A stretch of 63,952 bases of DNA, the filler included, from Bacteroidales bacterium (GTDB lineage Bacteria > Bacteroidota > Bacteroidia > Bacteroidales > CAIWKO01): assembly GCA_035389045.1 (NCBI GenBank). It is 3 parts of 3 records of this genome, joined end to end, with 100 filler letters (N's around TTAATTAATTAA, not from the genome) between each part and the next. Parts side by side here need not be neighbours in the genome. Positions count along the whole stretch, not along the records: positions 1 to 24,460 come from DAOORA010000068.1; 2 more parts are not named here. One strand, given 5' to 3'. Positions 1 through 10,712 of this stretch are shown piece after piece. The notes under the pieces were generated by a model. That model did no database searches. It was given only the letters and a program-made list of their open reading frames with translations, and was not told the origin of the DNA. The first letter of the stretch is position 1, and the number at the start of each line of letters is the position of its first letter. The position numbers and the translations under genes were made by a program.

Positions 1-490
1 CATGACACTTTTCAACTGTCGCTATTCCCTGACTAAATTTTGAGGAAACTCCAGATATTTATTATTGTTAGTTTTAATTCTTATCAATAACTTGGTTTTA
101 AAAATTATTTTGTAAGGTAAGACGCAAATTTGTTTTAAAACTATGCTTTTAAATATAGCAATATGTCACGTTTGATCTTGCTTTGATATAAATTATTTAT
201 ATAATCAATAAAACGATAAATGTAGACTGGAGTCATATTTATTTTTTTACAAAAATCAGAATAAAGAAAGCAGAGCCTAAAGAATTAAAATTGTAAATAT
301 TTTGCAAAGAGTTAGAAGGGGATTCATATTATCAAATATTCATAATGGCTTCAAATATAAAACAAAATATCAATTGTGTAATAGAAAATCAGTAAAATTT
401 ATACAAAACCTTCGTTGATAATAAATATTCTGTATGGAGAATAATTATAAGCCAAAAAACATCTAAAAAAATATTTATTGTAATAAAATC

Positions 491-2686
491 TTAAATGTCA
501 GGTTTTTTCTCTGAAAACATGGATTTCCTGAACCACAAACAGATCAGGATGGAAACCAATGACAACAAACCCACCAGCGAAACATACCCCGCAATGATCA
601 CCGGCAATGGCTTGTAGCTGAAGGTTATCTTATTTTTTCCGGGGGGGACAACGATGGCATTTAAGGTAAGGTTAGCTCTGTAAATCTTTACAGGAGTGTT
701 GTTGATGGTGGCCTGCCAGCCTTTATTATAGTTTTGAATAAACACTAGAAAACTGCTATCGTTACCTTCCGTTTCAGCGCTGATGTTATTGGGCGAGAAC
801 GCTGTAATTTTAACATCCCGGCCTTTGTTGCCCGTGGATTTAAAAACAGGTGCTTTATTTTCGGTAAAAACCATGCCCTGCCGCCCATAGTTCAATGCTG
901 TGACGCTGTCGAATTTATGTATTACCGTATCTGCAAAATAAAACAGCTTATTCTTTTTTATTTCCTTGAAAAAAGGGTAATGATTCTCTTTCAGTTTTTC
1001 AAAAGTGTTGATGCTGAAAGAATTATATCCGTCGAAAGCAGGACGTTTATAATAGCTGCTCAGGTTTCGCCAAAAACACTGGTATGAACCTGTGGAATCG
1101 GAATATTCTGTAATGGGCCTGTCGGGTACAGGAAATCCTTTAACAAAATTTTGTTTTTCAAAAGCCCTGATATTTTTGCTGGAAAATTCCTCATAATATA
1201 CGGTACAGTTTGAGTTCAGGCGGGTGGCTACAAACATATCTACAACCACAAATATCAGAAGCAGATAATACATATTGATCTTTGAAAACCACCAGGCTAT
1301 CAGAAACAGAATAAGCAATCCCATCTGAATAATGAGTTGAAGTGCAATTCTTTGCAAGATAGTGGTGCCATTGGGGAATTTCCATGCAAGGTCCAAGGCT
1401 ATGTTTTTAATATTCAGATAATCATTAAATCGTGCCATCAGCATCGTAAGTGCAAATGCAAAGATCAGAGCCAGGATAGTGAAGAACAGCTTTTTGCTGC
1501 GGTTTTCCATAAAAACCTGTATCGAAAAACCTGCCACCAAAAGGAAGGAAACGATGGTAAAATACCTGAACACAGAAGGAAACCGGAACAGGTTCATGAA
1601 TGGACCATAATGGTACAGGAACTCCCTGAAAGGAAGATAGCCGCCAAATGCGACCAGCAGATTGAGGATGCCGGTAAGAAGAATGAGTATCGAAAGTTTT
1701 GATTTTTTCTGAAAGAAATACAGGATAAAAAAGGCCAGCAGGATAATTCCGAAATATGCATTTGCCATGGAAAAGTCGGTATCGAAATATTCCATATTTC
1801 CGGTGACGGCATAGGGGGCAACCAACGAAACAAGGCACTGAGGCGAAAATGGTGAAAACAAGACATCTTCAAGCCTGGTGTCGTTAAGCCTTGCCACAGA
1901 GTCCTGATTGTACAGGACAGAAATAAAGAATGAGAACGTTAAAATCCCATATATGAGAAAAGTAACAAGATTCAATTTTGCATATTTCAACCAATCCTTA
2001 TATCTTTTTTTTATCAGAAGGAAAACAGTATATCCGATAAATATGGCAAGAAGGTGGTATCCAAATATGATCAGCAGAGCCGGATAGCCTCCGGTGGTGA
2101 GCAGGTAAAGAAAAAGGGCTGTTGTAAAAGCATATAAGATTCTTTTTTGTCTGGCCAGGTGTATATAGCTGTTCAGTACATAGGGGATCCAGCAGGCAGA
2201 AATAACATAAACAAGATGCTGTGAGTTTCCCACTATGAAACCTGAGAAGGCATAACCTACAGCGAGCACCAGCGCCACCCTTCCGGTAAATCCAAGCGTT
2301 TTCCCCAGCAAATAAAAACCTGTAGCGGCCAGAAAAATATGCAATATATATTCAATGGGAATAGTATAAATATTATATCCTGTCAGCCATCCGAATATCC
2401 ATGTCAGGGGATACCATACTCCGCTTGCCGGGTCCGCATAGAACGGCAGCCCGAATTGCTGAAACGGCTGCCAGTATGGAAACGTATTGTTCTGAAGACA
2501 TTCGCCGATCAAAAACCGGTAGGGGTATGCCTGGTCGATAATATCCCATTTCAGGGGGTGTATCAGCAGGGAAACATTATAGTACCCGGCAATAGTGATT
2601 ATGAAAAGGAAGAAAACCGCTTTGAGGTCAAAAGACTTTTCTGATTTCAGGTATTCCCCGGCGGATCTGAAACAACTATAGTTCAT
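491..2686 (-). CDS. YfhO-family (GT-C fold) polytopic membrane glycosyltransferase-like protein
   Basis: Many TM segments; N-terminal PYWQPFQQFGLPFYADP and C-terminal YNKGWQATINN...AIVVPPGKNKITFSYKP motifs typical of YfhO. Start moved to ATG 2686 to avoid overlapping the upstream gene. Confidence 0.8.
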   Translation of the reverse strand: MNYSCFRSAGEYLKSEKSFDLKAVFFLFIITIAGYYNVSLLIHPLKWDIIDQAYPYRFLIGECLQNNTFPYWQPFQQFGLPFYADPASGVWYPLTWIFGWLTGYNIYTIPIEYILHIFLAATGFYLLGKTLGFTGRVALVLAVGYAFSGFIVGNSQHLVYVISACWIPYVLNSYIHLARQKRILYAFTTALFLYLLTTGGYPALLIIFGYHLLAIFIGYTVFLLIKKRYKDWLKYAKLNLVTFLIYGILTFSFFISVLYNQDSVARLNDTRLEDVLFSPFSPQCLVSLVAPYAVTGNMEYFDTDFSMANAYFGIILLAFFILYFFQKKSKLSILILLTGILNLLVAFGGYLPFREFLYHYGPFMNLFRFPSVFRYFTIVSFLLVAGFSIQVFMENRSKKLFFTILALIFAFALTMLMARFNDYLNIKNIALDLAWKFPNGTTILQRIALQLIIQMGLLILFLIAWWFSKINMYYLLLIFVVVDMFVATRLNSNCTVYYEEFSSKNIRAFEKQNFVKGFPVPDRPITEYSDSTGSYQCFWRNLSSYYKRPAFDGYNSFSINTFEKLKENHYPFFKEIKKNKLFYFADTVIHKFDSVTALNYGRQGMVFTENKAPVFKSTGNKGRDVKITAFSPNNISAETEGNDSSFLVFIQNYNKGWQATINNTPVKIYRANLTLNAIVVPPGKNKITFSYKPLPVIIAGYVSLVGLLSLVSILICLWFRKSMFSEKKPDI

Positions 2687-2708
2687 GAAAGGGGAATGTT
2701 TGTATCTG

Positions 2709-3677
2709 TTATGAGAGGGCCTGATTGACTTTGGAGGCCAGTTCAATCACTTTTTGGTATTCTTCGGGGGTAAGGTCGTTGTAAAAATAATTGACCGGGT
2801 TAATTTTAGAGCCGTTTTTGATGATCTCGTAATGGCAATGAGGGGCTACCGACAATCCTGTACTTCCGACATGGCCGATGACCTGGCCTCTTTTTACTTT
2901 CATTCCAGGCTTTACGATCATTTTGCTCATGTGGGCGTATAACGACTGGAAACCAAAACCATGATTGATCACACAAACGATACCGTAACCACTCTGGTTC
3001 CCTTTTGGTTCAATAACGGTTCCGTCGCCCGTAGCATATATCGGAGTACCTGTATGAGCCATAAAATCAATTCCGGTATGCATGCGTTTGGTCTTGTATA
3101 TCGGGTGAATACGGTAGCCAAACCCGGAAATGATGGTTGATCTTTTCTTTGAAACCGGCTGAATAGCAGGAATACATGAAAGCATCTTTTCTTTGTTTTT
3201 GGCCATCAGTATGATTTCATCAAACGACTTTGACTGAATATACAACTGCCGTGAAATAACATCCAGCCTCATGGCCGTATTTTTCATCAGGTCAGAATTA
3301 TTGTATCCTTTCAGGTCTTTGTACCTGTCTTCACCACCGTATCCTGCTTTGCGTATTTCGTCCGGTATAGGTTCGGATTCAAAGATCGTCCGGTAAATAT
3401 TATCATCGCGGTTTTGCAGATTTGACAAAACAGCAGAAAGTTGATCCAACCGGTTATTGAGATAAGCGTATTGCAGTTTGAGTTTTTCATTTTCACGCTT
3501 TAATACCCGTTCTTTAGGCGAGTCGATAAAGCTGTACAAAACAAGCATTAGGGCTGCAGAAATTACCATTCCGGAAGTCAGAATAGAAATGAATTTTAAG
3601 GCTTTATTCTTTACAGAACCCCTGAATTCCTCAAAAGAAAGAGTTTTTGTGTTAAAATGATATTTTGGTTTTTTCAT
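2709..3677 (-). CDS. M23 family metallopeptidase
   Basis: HTGIDF and HCHYE zinc motifs; N-terminal TM and coiled coil. Confidence 0.93.
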   Translation of the reverse strand: MKKPKYHFNTKTLSFEEFRGSVKNKALKFISILTSGMVISAALMLVLYSFIDSPKERVLKRENEKLKLQYAYLNNRLDQLSAVLSNLQNRDDNIYRTIFESEPIPDEIRKAGYGGEDRYKDLKGYNNSDLMKNTAMRLDVISRQLYIQSKSFDEIILMAKNKEKMLSCIPAIQPVSKKRSTIISGFGYRIHPIYKTKRMHTGIDFMAHTGTPIYATGDGTVIEPKGNQSGYGIVCVINHGFGFQSLYAHMSKMIVKPGMKVKRGQVIGHVGSTGLSVAPHCHYEIIKNGSKINPVNYFYNDLTPEEYQKVIELASKVNQALS

Positions 3678-3746
3678 TCAGCCGAAATTAGTTTAAAACA
3701 AAGCATTTAAACGTAATTTATTCAATAAATGATATTCTCAAAGATG

Positions 3747-3754
3747 CAAAGCTA
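3747..3754 (-). promoter_or_regulatory. Bacteroidota sigma-A -7 element (TAGCTTTG) for the M23 gene
   Basis: Matches TAnnTTTG in the divergent intergenic region. Confidence 0.5.
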
Positions 3755-3765
3755 ACAAAAAAAAT

Positions 3766-3773
3766 TAATTTTG
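3766..3773 (+). promoter_or_regulatory. Bacteroidota sigma-A -7 element (TAATTTTG) for the alaS operon
   Basis: Matches TAnnTTTG about 100 bp upstream of alaS. Confidence 0.5.
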
Positions 3774-3876
3774 TACTGTTTTTAAAGTTATTAAAAAGTT
3801 AAATTTACAATTCAATAGTTGTAATCATTTTAAATACAGCCGTTTAGTAATAAATGCATCAACACAATTTTCCTTT

Positions 3877-6510
3877 ATGAAATCATCTGAAGTACGAAAA
3901 ATTTTTCTGGAATTTTTCAAATCGAAACAACATACTATCTTTCCCTCGGCACCGATGGTAATTAAAAATGATCCTACGCTGATGTTTACCAATGCCGGGA
4001 TGAATCAGTTCAAGGATTATTTTCTCGGAAATGCCGTATCGCCTGATAAACGGGTGGCCGACACACAAAAATGCCTGAGGGTTTCGGGTAAGCACAACGA
4101 CCTTGAAGAGGTAGGGCGTGACACCTATCATCATACGATGTTTGAAATGTTGGGCAACTGGTCGTTTGGAGACTACTTTAAGAAAGAAGCCATAGAATGG
4201 GCATGGGAACTGCTGACGGTGATTTATAAAATTGACCCTGACAGGCTCTACGTTACCGTGTTTGAAGGTGATGACAAGGATGGACTTACCAGGGATGTTG
4301 AAGCTTACGGACACTGGAGGAATATCCTTCAGGAGGAGCGGATTTTATTGGGCGCCAAGAAGGACAATTTCTGGGAGATGGGTGATACCGGCCCCTGCGG
4401 ACCTTGTTCTGAAATACACATTGATCTTCGCAGTACCGGAGAAAGGCAGAAAGTTGCCGGAAGTGCACTGGTCAATAAAGGAGATCCATTAGTAATCGAG
4501 ATATGGAATCTTGTTTTTATTGAATTCAACCGGAGGGCTGATGGCACGCTGGTAAGCCTGCCTGCAAAACATGTGGATACAGGTATGGGCTTTGAACGCT
4601 TATGTATGGCGCTTCAGGGTGTAAAATCCAATTACGACACCGATGTTTTTCAGCCGCTGATACAGCATATCGCACTGCTGGCGGGATGCCGCTATGGCGA
4701 TGACGTCAAAAAAGATATTGCCATGCGCGTTGTGGCCGATCATCTGCGTGCCATAGTATTTGCCATTGCCGACGGTCAACTGCCTTCGAACAATAAAGCC
4801 GGGTATGTGATCCGGCGTATTTTACGCAGGGCTGTGCGATACGGCTATACGTTTCTTGGATTTAAGGAGCCTTTTATCAACAGCCTCGTGACATTGCTGG
4901 TTTCACAAATGGGAGATGTTTTCCCGGAGATACGGGCGCAAAAAGAACTGATATCCAACGTGATTGCAGAAGAAGAGGCTGCTTTTTTACGTACGCTGGA
5001 TGTCGGCATTCACAAATTCGACAATTATAAAGCACCGGACAACAAGATCATGGACGGGCAATTTGCTTTTGAATTGTTCGACACATATGGATTTCCGGTC
5101 GATTTAACACAGCTGATGGCCAGGGAAAAAGGCTGGTCGGTAGATATGGAAGCGTTTGGCCGGTGCATGGAGGAACAAAAAAACCGTTCACGTCAGGCGG
5201 CTGTTATTGATAAGGAGGATTGGGTTGTTCTTCAAGATGGTAGTGCTGAAACAGATTTTGTGGGTTACTCCTTAACAGAATGTGAAGCCATCATGCTGAA
5301 ATACCGTAAGATTAAAGTGAAAGGCAAAGAACAATTTCATGTTGTCCTGGATAAAACACCGTTTTATGCCGAATCGGGAGGACAAACCGGCGATAAGGGA
5401 TGGCTTGATTTCGGTGATGAACGGATAGCGGTGACCGATACCAAAAAAGAGAATAATCTGATCATCCATCTAACGGACAGCCTTCCAAAAAGCATTCCCC
5501 AGAATTGTAAGGCAAAAATTGATGTCAAAAAACGTCTTCTGACTCAAAACAACCATACGGCAACCCATTTGCTGCATAAAGCTTTAAAACAGGTTGTGGG
5601 GAGCCATGTGGAGCAAAAAGGATCTTATGTGAGTGATGAACGCCTGCGCTTCGACTTTTCGCATTTTACGGGTGTTACTGCGGAAGAGCAGCGAAAAATT
5701 GAGCGTGTGATCTTTGAAAAAATCTCGGAAAATCTGACCGTTGAAACAGAAACTGACACGCTGGAAAACGCCCGGGAAAAAGGAGCCGTCGCGCTGTTTG
5801 GAGAGAAATATGGCAGCAGTGTCCGGGTGGTGTCCGTCGGAAATGATTATTCGCGGGAATTATGCGGGGGCACACACGTGAAATCCACAGGGCAGATAGG
5901 TTTATTTATTATTATTGAAGAAACCGCCGTTGCTGCGGGTGTGCGGCGCATCGAAGCCATCACTGGAGAAACAGCTTATAATTATATCTTTCAGCAATAT
6001 ATAGAACCGCTGGGACAAATTAAGGCCATGCTGAAAAAACCTTTTACCGAACTTCCGGCTTTTATTAATGGTATTATTGAGAACAACAATACATTGAAAA
6101 AGCAGATAGAGGTATACCAGATAGAAAAAGCAGCCGGAATCAAAAATCTCCTGAAAACAAAAGTGGAGGTGATCAACGGAATTGATTTTATTACAGGACA
6201 AGTGGATGTGGATGCCGGCAGTATGAAAGATATTGCATTTGCGCTGAAAAATGATTTTAAAAATCTGTTCATGCTACTGGGAAATATAACAGATGGCAAG
6301 GTCTTTATCAGCCTGATGATCGCTGATGACCTGGTTGAAACAAAAAAATGGAACGCATCAAAGATCATACGTGAATTTTCAAAGGAAATACAGGGCGGAG
6401 GCGGCGGACAGGATTTTTATGCTACGGCGGGCGGCAAAAAACCCGACGGGCTTTTGAAAGTGTTTGAGTTGGCCAGAAGTTTTGTTTCACTGCCTGATGA
6501 CAAACAATAA
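3877..6510 (+). CDS. alaS: alanine--tRNA ligase
   Basis: DPTLMFTNAGMNQFK, HHTMFEMLGNWSFGDYFK, editing motifs HTATHLLH and ELCGGTH, GGGGG C-terminus. Confidence 0.99.
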   Translation: MKSSEVRKIFLEFFKSKQHTIFPSAPMVIKNDPTLMFTNAGMNQFKDYFLGNAVSPDKRVADTQKCLRVSGKHNDLEEVGRDTYHHTMFEMLGNWSFGDYFKKEAIEWAWELLTVIYKIDPDRLYVTVFEGDDKDGLTRDVEAYGHWRNILQEERILLGAKKDNFWEMGDTGPCGPCSEIHIDLRSTGERQKVAGSALVNKGDPLVIEIWNLVFIEFNRRADGTLVSLPAKHVDTGMGFERLCMALQGVKSNYDTDVFQPLIQHIALLAGCRYGDDVKKDIAMRVVADHLRAIVFAIADGQLPSNNKAGYVIRRILRRAVRYGYTFLGFKEPFINSLVTLLVSQMGDVFPEIRAQKELISNVIAEEEAAFLRTLDVGIHKFDNYKAPDNKIMDGQFAFELFDTYGFPVDLTQLMAREKGWSVDMEAFGRCMEEQKNRSRQAAVIDKEDWVVLQDGSAETDFVGYSLTECEAIMLKYRKIKVKGKEQFHVVLDKTPFYAESGGQTGDKGWLDFGDERIAVTDTKKENNLIIHLTDSLPKSIPQNCKAKIDVKKRLLTQNNHTATHLLHKALKQVVGSHVEQKGSYVSDERLRFDFSHFTGVTAEEQRKIERVIFEKISENLTVETETDTLENAREKGAVALFGEKYGSSVRVVSVGNDYSRELCGGTHVKSTGQIGLFIIIEETAVAAGVRRIEAITGETAYNYIFQQYIEPLGQIKAMLKKPFTELPAFINGIIENNNTLKKQIEVYQIEKAAGIKNLLKTKVEVINGIDFITGQVDVDAGSMKDIAFALKNDFKNLFMLLGNITDGKVFISLMIADDLVETKKWNASKIIREFSKEIQGGGGGQDFYATAGGKKPDGLLKVFELARSFVSLPDDKQ

Positions 6511-6559
6511 ATTCAACAAAAATCAGTTTTTTTGTATATTCATTCCAATTTCCCTGTAC

Positions 6560-8872
6560 ATGAACAAAAAGCTATTTATCTTATTTTTCTTAATAAATTA
6601 TGTTTTTTCCATACAAGCACAGGATATTGGGATTGCTGAATGGCAGATCCATCTCCCGTATAAACAATGTATTGCGGTGGATATTGCAGGGGAAAGAATA
6701 TATGCAGCCACGCCTTACAGCATTTTTTACTATGATAAAAGCGACAACAGTGTAAATACCATAACCAAAAACAATGGCTTGTCGGATGTCAACATCAGTA
6801 CGATGCGCTATAGCCAGCAGCATGGTTATGTGATCGTGGCATACACCAATGCCAATATTGACCTGATTTCAGGAGATGAAATAATCAACATTTCTGATAT
6901 TAAGCGCAAACCTATACTGGGAAATAAAAACATTAACAATATTACCCTTTATGGAAATTATGCCTATCTGTCGTGTGGCTTTGGAATTGTCGTACTCGAT
7001 CTGGTTCATAAAGAAATCAAAGACACGTATTACATTGGCCCGAACGGTACCTCCATCAATGTGACGGATCTTGCCTGCGACGGGAATAAATTTTATGCGG
7101 CAACCGAAAAGGGTGTGTATACGGCTGATTATAACAATGCCAACCTGGCCAATTATGCGAACTGGTCAAAGGATACTTTGCTTCCGGATCCTGATGTGTA
7201 TTACAATTCGGTGGTCGCCTTCCAGAATCATGTTTTTGTGAATCGCTCGACGCCCGGTTATCGTAAAGATACAATATTTGTTTTTGACGGTAGCAACTGG
7301 TCGGTGTTTGATACCACCATTGATTATGATCTCTTTACTATGCGCAGCAGTAACGACCGTCTGCTGATCTCTTATGAACATGTTTTGGTTACCTACACAC
7401 CGAATCTTCAAAAAGAGAATATTATCAGTGATTATTATCCCGGATGGGCCGACCCGAATTGTGCCGTATACGATACCGATGGCACCATCTGGATCGCCGA
7501 CAGAAGTTTCGGACTGGTCAGCCGCAAAGGCTGGAATGTTAACAAAATAGCGCCCAATGGCCCAGGCAACAACAATGTATTTGCTATGGACATTGCGGGC
7601 AGTGATCTGTATGTAGCGCCGGGCGGGGTGAATTCGTCATGGGGTAATGCCTGGAATACCAGCGGATTATTTTCATATATTGGCAGCAACTGGCATGTGT
7701 TAAAGGAACAAAATCCTGCTTTTGATACCTTGTATGATATTATAGATGTAAAAATTGATCCGCGCAACAGCACCCATGTGTATGCCGCATCGCTTGCCCG
7801 CGGCCTTGTAGAGCTGAAAAACGGAATGATTACCAATGTCTACGGGGTAAATAATTCAGCCATCGAACAGCCCTATCCTTTTTATTACTGGCTTGGAATA
7901 GGGGGGATAGCTTTTGATAAGGATTACAATTTGTGGGCTGTCAATGTAAATTGTAATAATTTATTAAAGGTTCTTAAAGCAGACGGGACATGGGCTTCGT
8001 TCAGCACGGTGCCTTATCTTTCTGAAGCGGCAGGCGGGAAAATCCTTATTGATCAAAACGGACAGAAATGGGTATTGCTCGTCAACGGGGCGGGGCTTTT
8101 AGTTTTCAATGAAAACGGTACCTGGTCGGATCATTCGGATAATGTGATTAAAGTGCTGACCACAGCAGTGGGAAAGGGCAATTTGCCGAGCAACTCGGTA
8201 TACAGCATGGCGGAAGACCTTGACGGACAAATATGGATAGGCACCGATAAGGGTGTCGCCGTTTTTTATAATCCGCAAAACATCACCGAAGGCGGTGATT
8301 ATGATGCGCAGGTTATAACCATCATGCAGGATGGCACGGCACAGCATCTGCTGGCTTTTGAGCGGGTCACTGCCATTGCGGTGGACGGGGCGAACAAAAA
8401 ATGGTTTGGCACGGAAAAGGCCGGCGTTTTTCTCATGAGCGAAGACGGGCAGAAAGAAATCTTTCATTTTACGGAAGAAAACAGCCCCTTGTTGTCGAAC
8501 ACCATTACCAGTATTGCCATTGACGACAATACCGGTGTGGTTTATTTCGGAACCGCTAACGGACTGGTATCCTTCAGGGCTTATGCTACCAAGGGCGCAG
8601 AAACTTTCACCAATGTTTATGCTTATCCGAACCCGGTGCGTGAAAATTTCACCGGAATGATCGGGATCAAAGGGCTTGTAAAAGACGCAACGGTAAAAAT
8701 AACGGATGTCAGCGGAAACCTGGTCTGTGAAACAAAATCTGAAGGCGGGCAGGCCGTATGGAACGGGAAAAATTTCAGGGGAGAAAGTGCCAAAAGCGGC
8801 GTGTATTTTGTGTTCTGCAGCAGCGAAGACGGGATGGATAAATTAGTTACCAAAATCATGGTCATCAATTAA
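6560..8872 (+). CDS. porZ: T9SS component PorZ (beta-propeller protein with C-terminal sorting domain)
   Basis: Signal peptide, WQIHLPY start, propeller repeats (AVDGANKKWFGT), YAYPNPV CTD; sits before recO as is usual in Bacteroidota. Confidence 0.85.
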   Translation: MNKKLFILFFLINYVFSIQAQDIGIAEWQIHLPYKQCIAVDIAGERIYAATPYSIFYYDKSDNSVNTITKNNGLSDVNISTMRYSQQHGYVIVAYTNANIDLISGDEIINISDIKRKPILGNKNINNITLYGNYAYLSCGFGIVVLDLVHKEIKDTYYIGPNGTSINVTDLACDGNKFYAATEKGVYTADYNNANLANYANWSKDTLLPDPDVYYNSVVAFQNHVFVNRSTPGYRKDTIFVFDGSNWSVFDTTIDYDLFTMRSSNDRLLISYEHVLVTYTPNLQKENIISDYYPGWADPNCAVYDTDGTIWIADRSFGLVSRKGWNVNKIAPNGPGNNNVFAMDIAGSDLYVAPGGVNSSWGNAWNTSGLFSYIGSNWHVLKEQNPAFDTLYDIIDVKIDPRNSTHVYAASLARGLVELKNGMITNVYGVNNSAIEQPYPFYYWLGIGGIAFDKDYNLWAVNVNCNNLLKVLKADGTWASFSTVPYLSEAAGGKILIDQNGQKWVLLVNGAGLLVFNENGTWSDHSDNVIKVLTTAVGKGNLPSNSVYSMAEDLDGQIWIGTDKGVAVFYNPQNITEGGDYDAQVITIMQDGTAQHLLAFERVTAIAVDGANKKWFGTEKAGVFLMSEDGQKEIFHFTEENSPLLSNTITSIAIDDNTGVVYFGTANGLVSFRAYATKGAETFTNVYAYPNPVRENFTGMIGIKGLVKDATVKITDVSGNLVCETKSEGGQAVWNGKNFRGESAKSGVYFVFCSSEDGMDKLVTKIMVIN

Positions 8873-8887
8873 GCAGCGTCTGCCGCT

Positions 8888-9616
8888 ATGATATCAACGA
8901 CCAAAGCCATTGTCCTTAAAACGTTCAGGTATTCCGAAAGCAGTGTTGTCGTTAAAATGTATACCGATCTTTTCGGATTGAAAACATTTTTTATCCGTGG
9001 CGTACGAAAAAAAAACGCCAAAATAAGTGCAAACCTGCTCCAGCCGCTGTGTCTCAACGAAGTGGTTTTTAATAACAACGAAAAAAATCAGCTCTATATC
9101 CCAAAAGAAATTTCGGCATGGTACCAGTTCACGACTTTGCCTTTTGATGTAATAAAAAGTTCTCAGGCGCTTTTTATCAATGAGCTGATATACAGGTCGG
9201 TGCGCGAAGAAGAAGCGAACCCCGGGTTTTTTAATTTTCTCATACAGAACATCATTTATCTCGACCAGTCAACACCTGCACAGGCAAATCTCCATATTGT
9301 TTTTGCATTACATCTGACAAAATTTCTGGGGTTTTATCCTTTGGGGAGTTTTTCGCCACAGAAGCCCTATTTCCTTCTGAAAGAAGGCATATACAGCAAA
9401 TTCAAAACTTCCGGTGATTGTTATCTCGATCAGCAGCAATCCGAATTATTTGATAAGCTGCTTAAATCAACACCTGAGGAGAGCGGACAGATAAAGCTCT
9501 CGTCAGATACCCGGAAAAAAATACTGGAAAAGATCATGCTCTATTACCAGCTTCATCATATCGGGTTGGGTGAGATCAAATCCCTGGAAGTTTTATCGGA
9601 GGTTTTCCACATATAA
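8888..9616 (+). CDS. recO: DNA repair protein RecO
   Basis: TKAIVLKTFRYSESSVVVKMYT OB-fold start; KSLEVLSEVF end. Confidence 0.95.
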   Translation: MISTTKAIVLKTFRYSESSVVVKMYTDLFGLKTFFIRGVRKKNAKISANLLQPLCLNEVVFNNNEKNQLYIPKEISAWYQFTTLPFDVIKSSQALFINELIYRSVREEEANPGFFNFLIQNIIYLDQSTPAQANLHIVFALHLTKFLGFYPLGSFSPQKPYFLLKEGIYSKFKTSGDCYLDQQQSELFDKLLKSTPEESGQIKLSSDTRKKILEKIMLYYQLHHIGLGEIKSLEVLSEVFHI

Positions 9617-9852
9617 CCCAGATTACGCAATAGAAACATAGTGAACTATTGCGTAGTGCGCAGGATTGTGGGTTGAATCTGGGTAACCCCGACTTAGTAA
9701 ATGTTCCTGGCAATTTTTAATTGCCGGGATTACATTTATTTTGTCGATTCCGCATTAAAAATTAACATTATAAGTTATTTAAAAACAGTTAATTATACTT
9801 AATTGCTCCTAATGCTACGCATTAGAAAATTCTTAATGCGGAATTTGGGTAT
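9614..9852. repeat. cluster of three adjacent ACCC/GGGT-terminated palindromic (REP/MITE-like) units
   Basis: Stems ACCCAGATT/AATCTGGGT with ACGCAATAG/CTATTGCGT; TCCTGGCAATT/AATTGCCGGGA; ATTCCGCATTAA/TTAATGCGGAAT. First unit recurs at 24561 and 48239. Confidence 0.8.
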
Positions 9853-9976
9853 AACCAACTTTTCATTATTTTTGAACGTTTATTTTTTGGTTGAAAGTTA
9901 TATTCTGTGATTAAATCGTATTGAATATTTTTATTTCCTCAAACAGACACATAAAAACCATATAGTACCCGTTCCT

Positions 9977-10708
9977 ATGATAATCCGGCTGAGTCTCATT
10001 ATTCCTGTTTATAATGCTGAAACATTTATTTCGGATACACTGGCACGGTTAACAGAATGGAAACAAAAAATAAATTATACCGTCCAGGTTATCATCGTAA
10101 ATGATGGAAGCTCTGATTCGACAGCCGAACGGATAGAAAATTATATCAAGACAACAGATCCGTCGTTAGAACTGATTTCGATTAAAAAAAACCGCGGTAA
10201 AGGATATGCAGTAAAAACAGGTATGTTAGCAGCCCTGGGTCAGTTCAGGATCTATACGGATGCAGATATTCCTTTTGGGTTCGGGGTGGTGGAAAAAATA
10301 TTGTATTACCTTGAATTCAAGGAGTTTGATGTGTGCATCGGAAACAGGAAATCAGTGCAGTCAACCTATTTTGTCCACATGGATCCTATACGGAAATTTG
10401 CAAGTAAAATTTTTACAGCCATCATTTCCCGTTACGTTGTCACAGGCGTAAACGATACCCAGTGCGGCTTAAAAGGATTCAAAGCACCCGTTGCCGAAGA
10501 ACTTTTTTCAAAACTGCAGACACGGGGCTTTGCCTTTGACGTGGAGCTTTTATATCTATGCTTTAAATATGAGTATGATATTAAAAGAATACCGGTTTCA
10601 TTTGAAGGTAATGAACATTCAACCATCAGCCTGATCAAAACTTCGGTTCAGATGTCCCGCGACATTTTTTTTCTGCCCTTCCGTTATCATTTCACCAAAA
10701 AATATTAG
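9977..10708 (+). CDS. GT2 polyprenol-phosphate glycosyltransferase (DPM/DPG synthase-like)
   Basis: IIPVYN, VNDGSSD, NRGKGYAV, DAD, DTQCGLK, FAFDVE motifs. Confidence 0.92.
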   Translation: MIIRLSLIIPVYNAETFISDTLARLTEWKQKINYTVQVIIVNDGSSDSTAERIENYIKTTDPSLELISIKKNRGKGYAVKTGMLAALGQFRIYTDADIPFGFGVVEKILYYLEFKEFDVCIGNRKSVQSTYFVHMDPIRKFASKIFTAIISRYVVTGVNDTQCGLKGFKAPVAEELFSKLQTRGFAFDVELLYLCFKYEYDIKRIPVSFEGNEHSTISLIKTSVQMSRDIFFLPFRYHFTKKY

Positions 10709-10712
10709 GTCC

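Noticed and set aside
1..490. Very AT-rich stretch as a possible replication origin
   Set aside because: No DnaA-box cluster or iterons seen; more likely the upstream region of a gene beyond the window edge.
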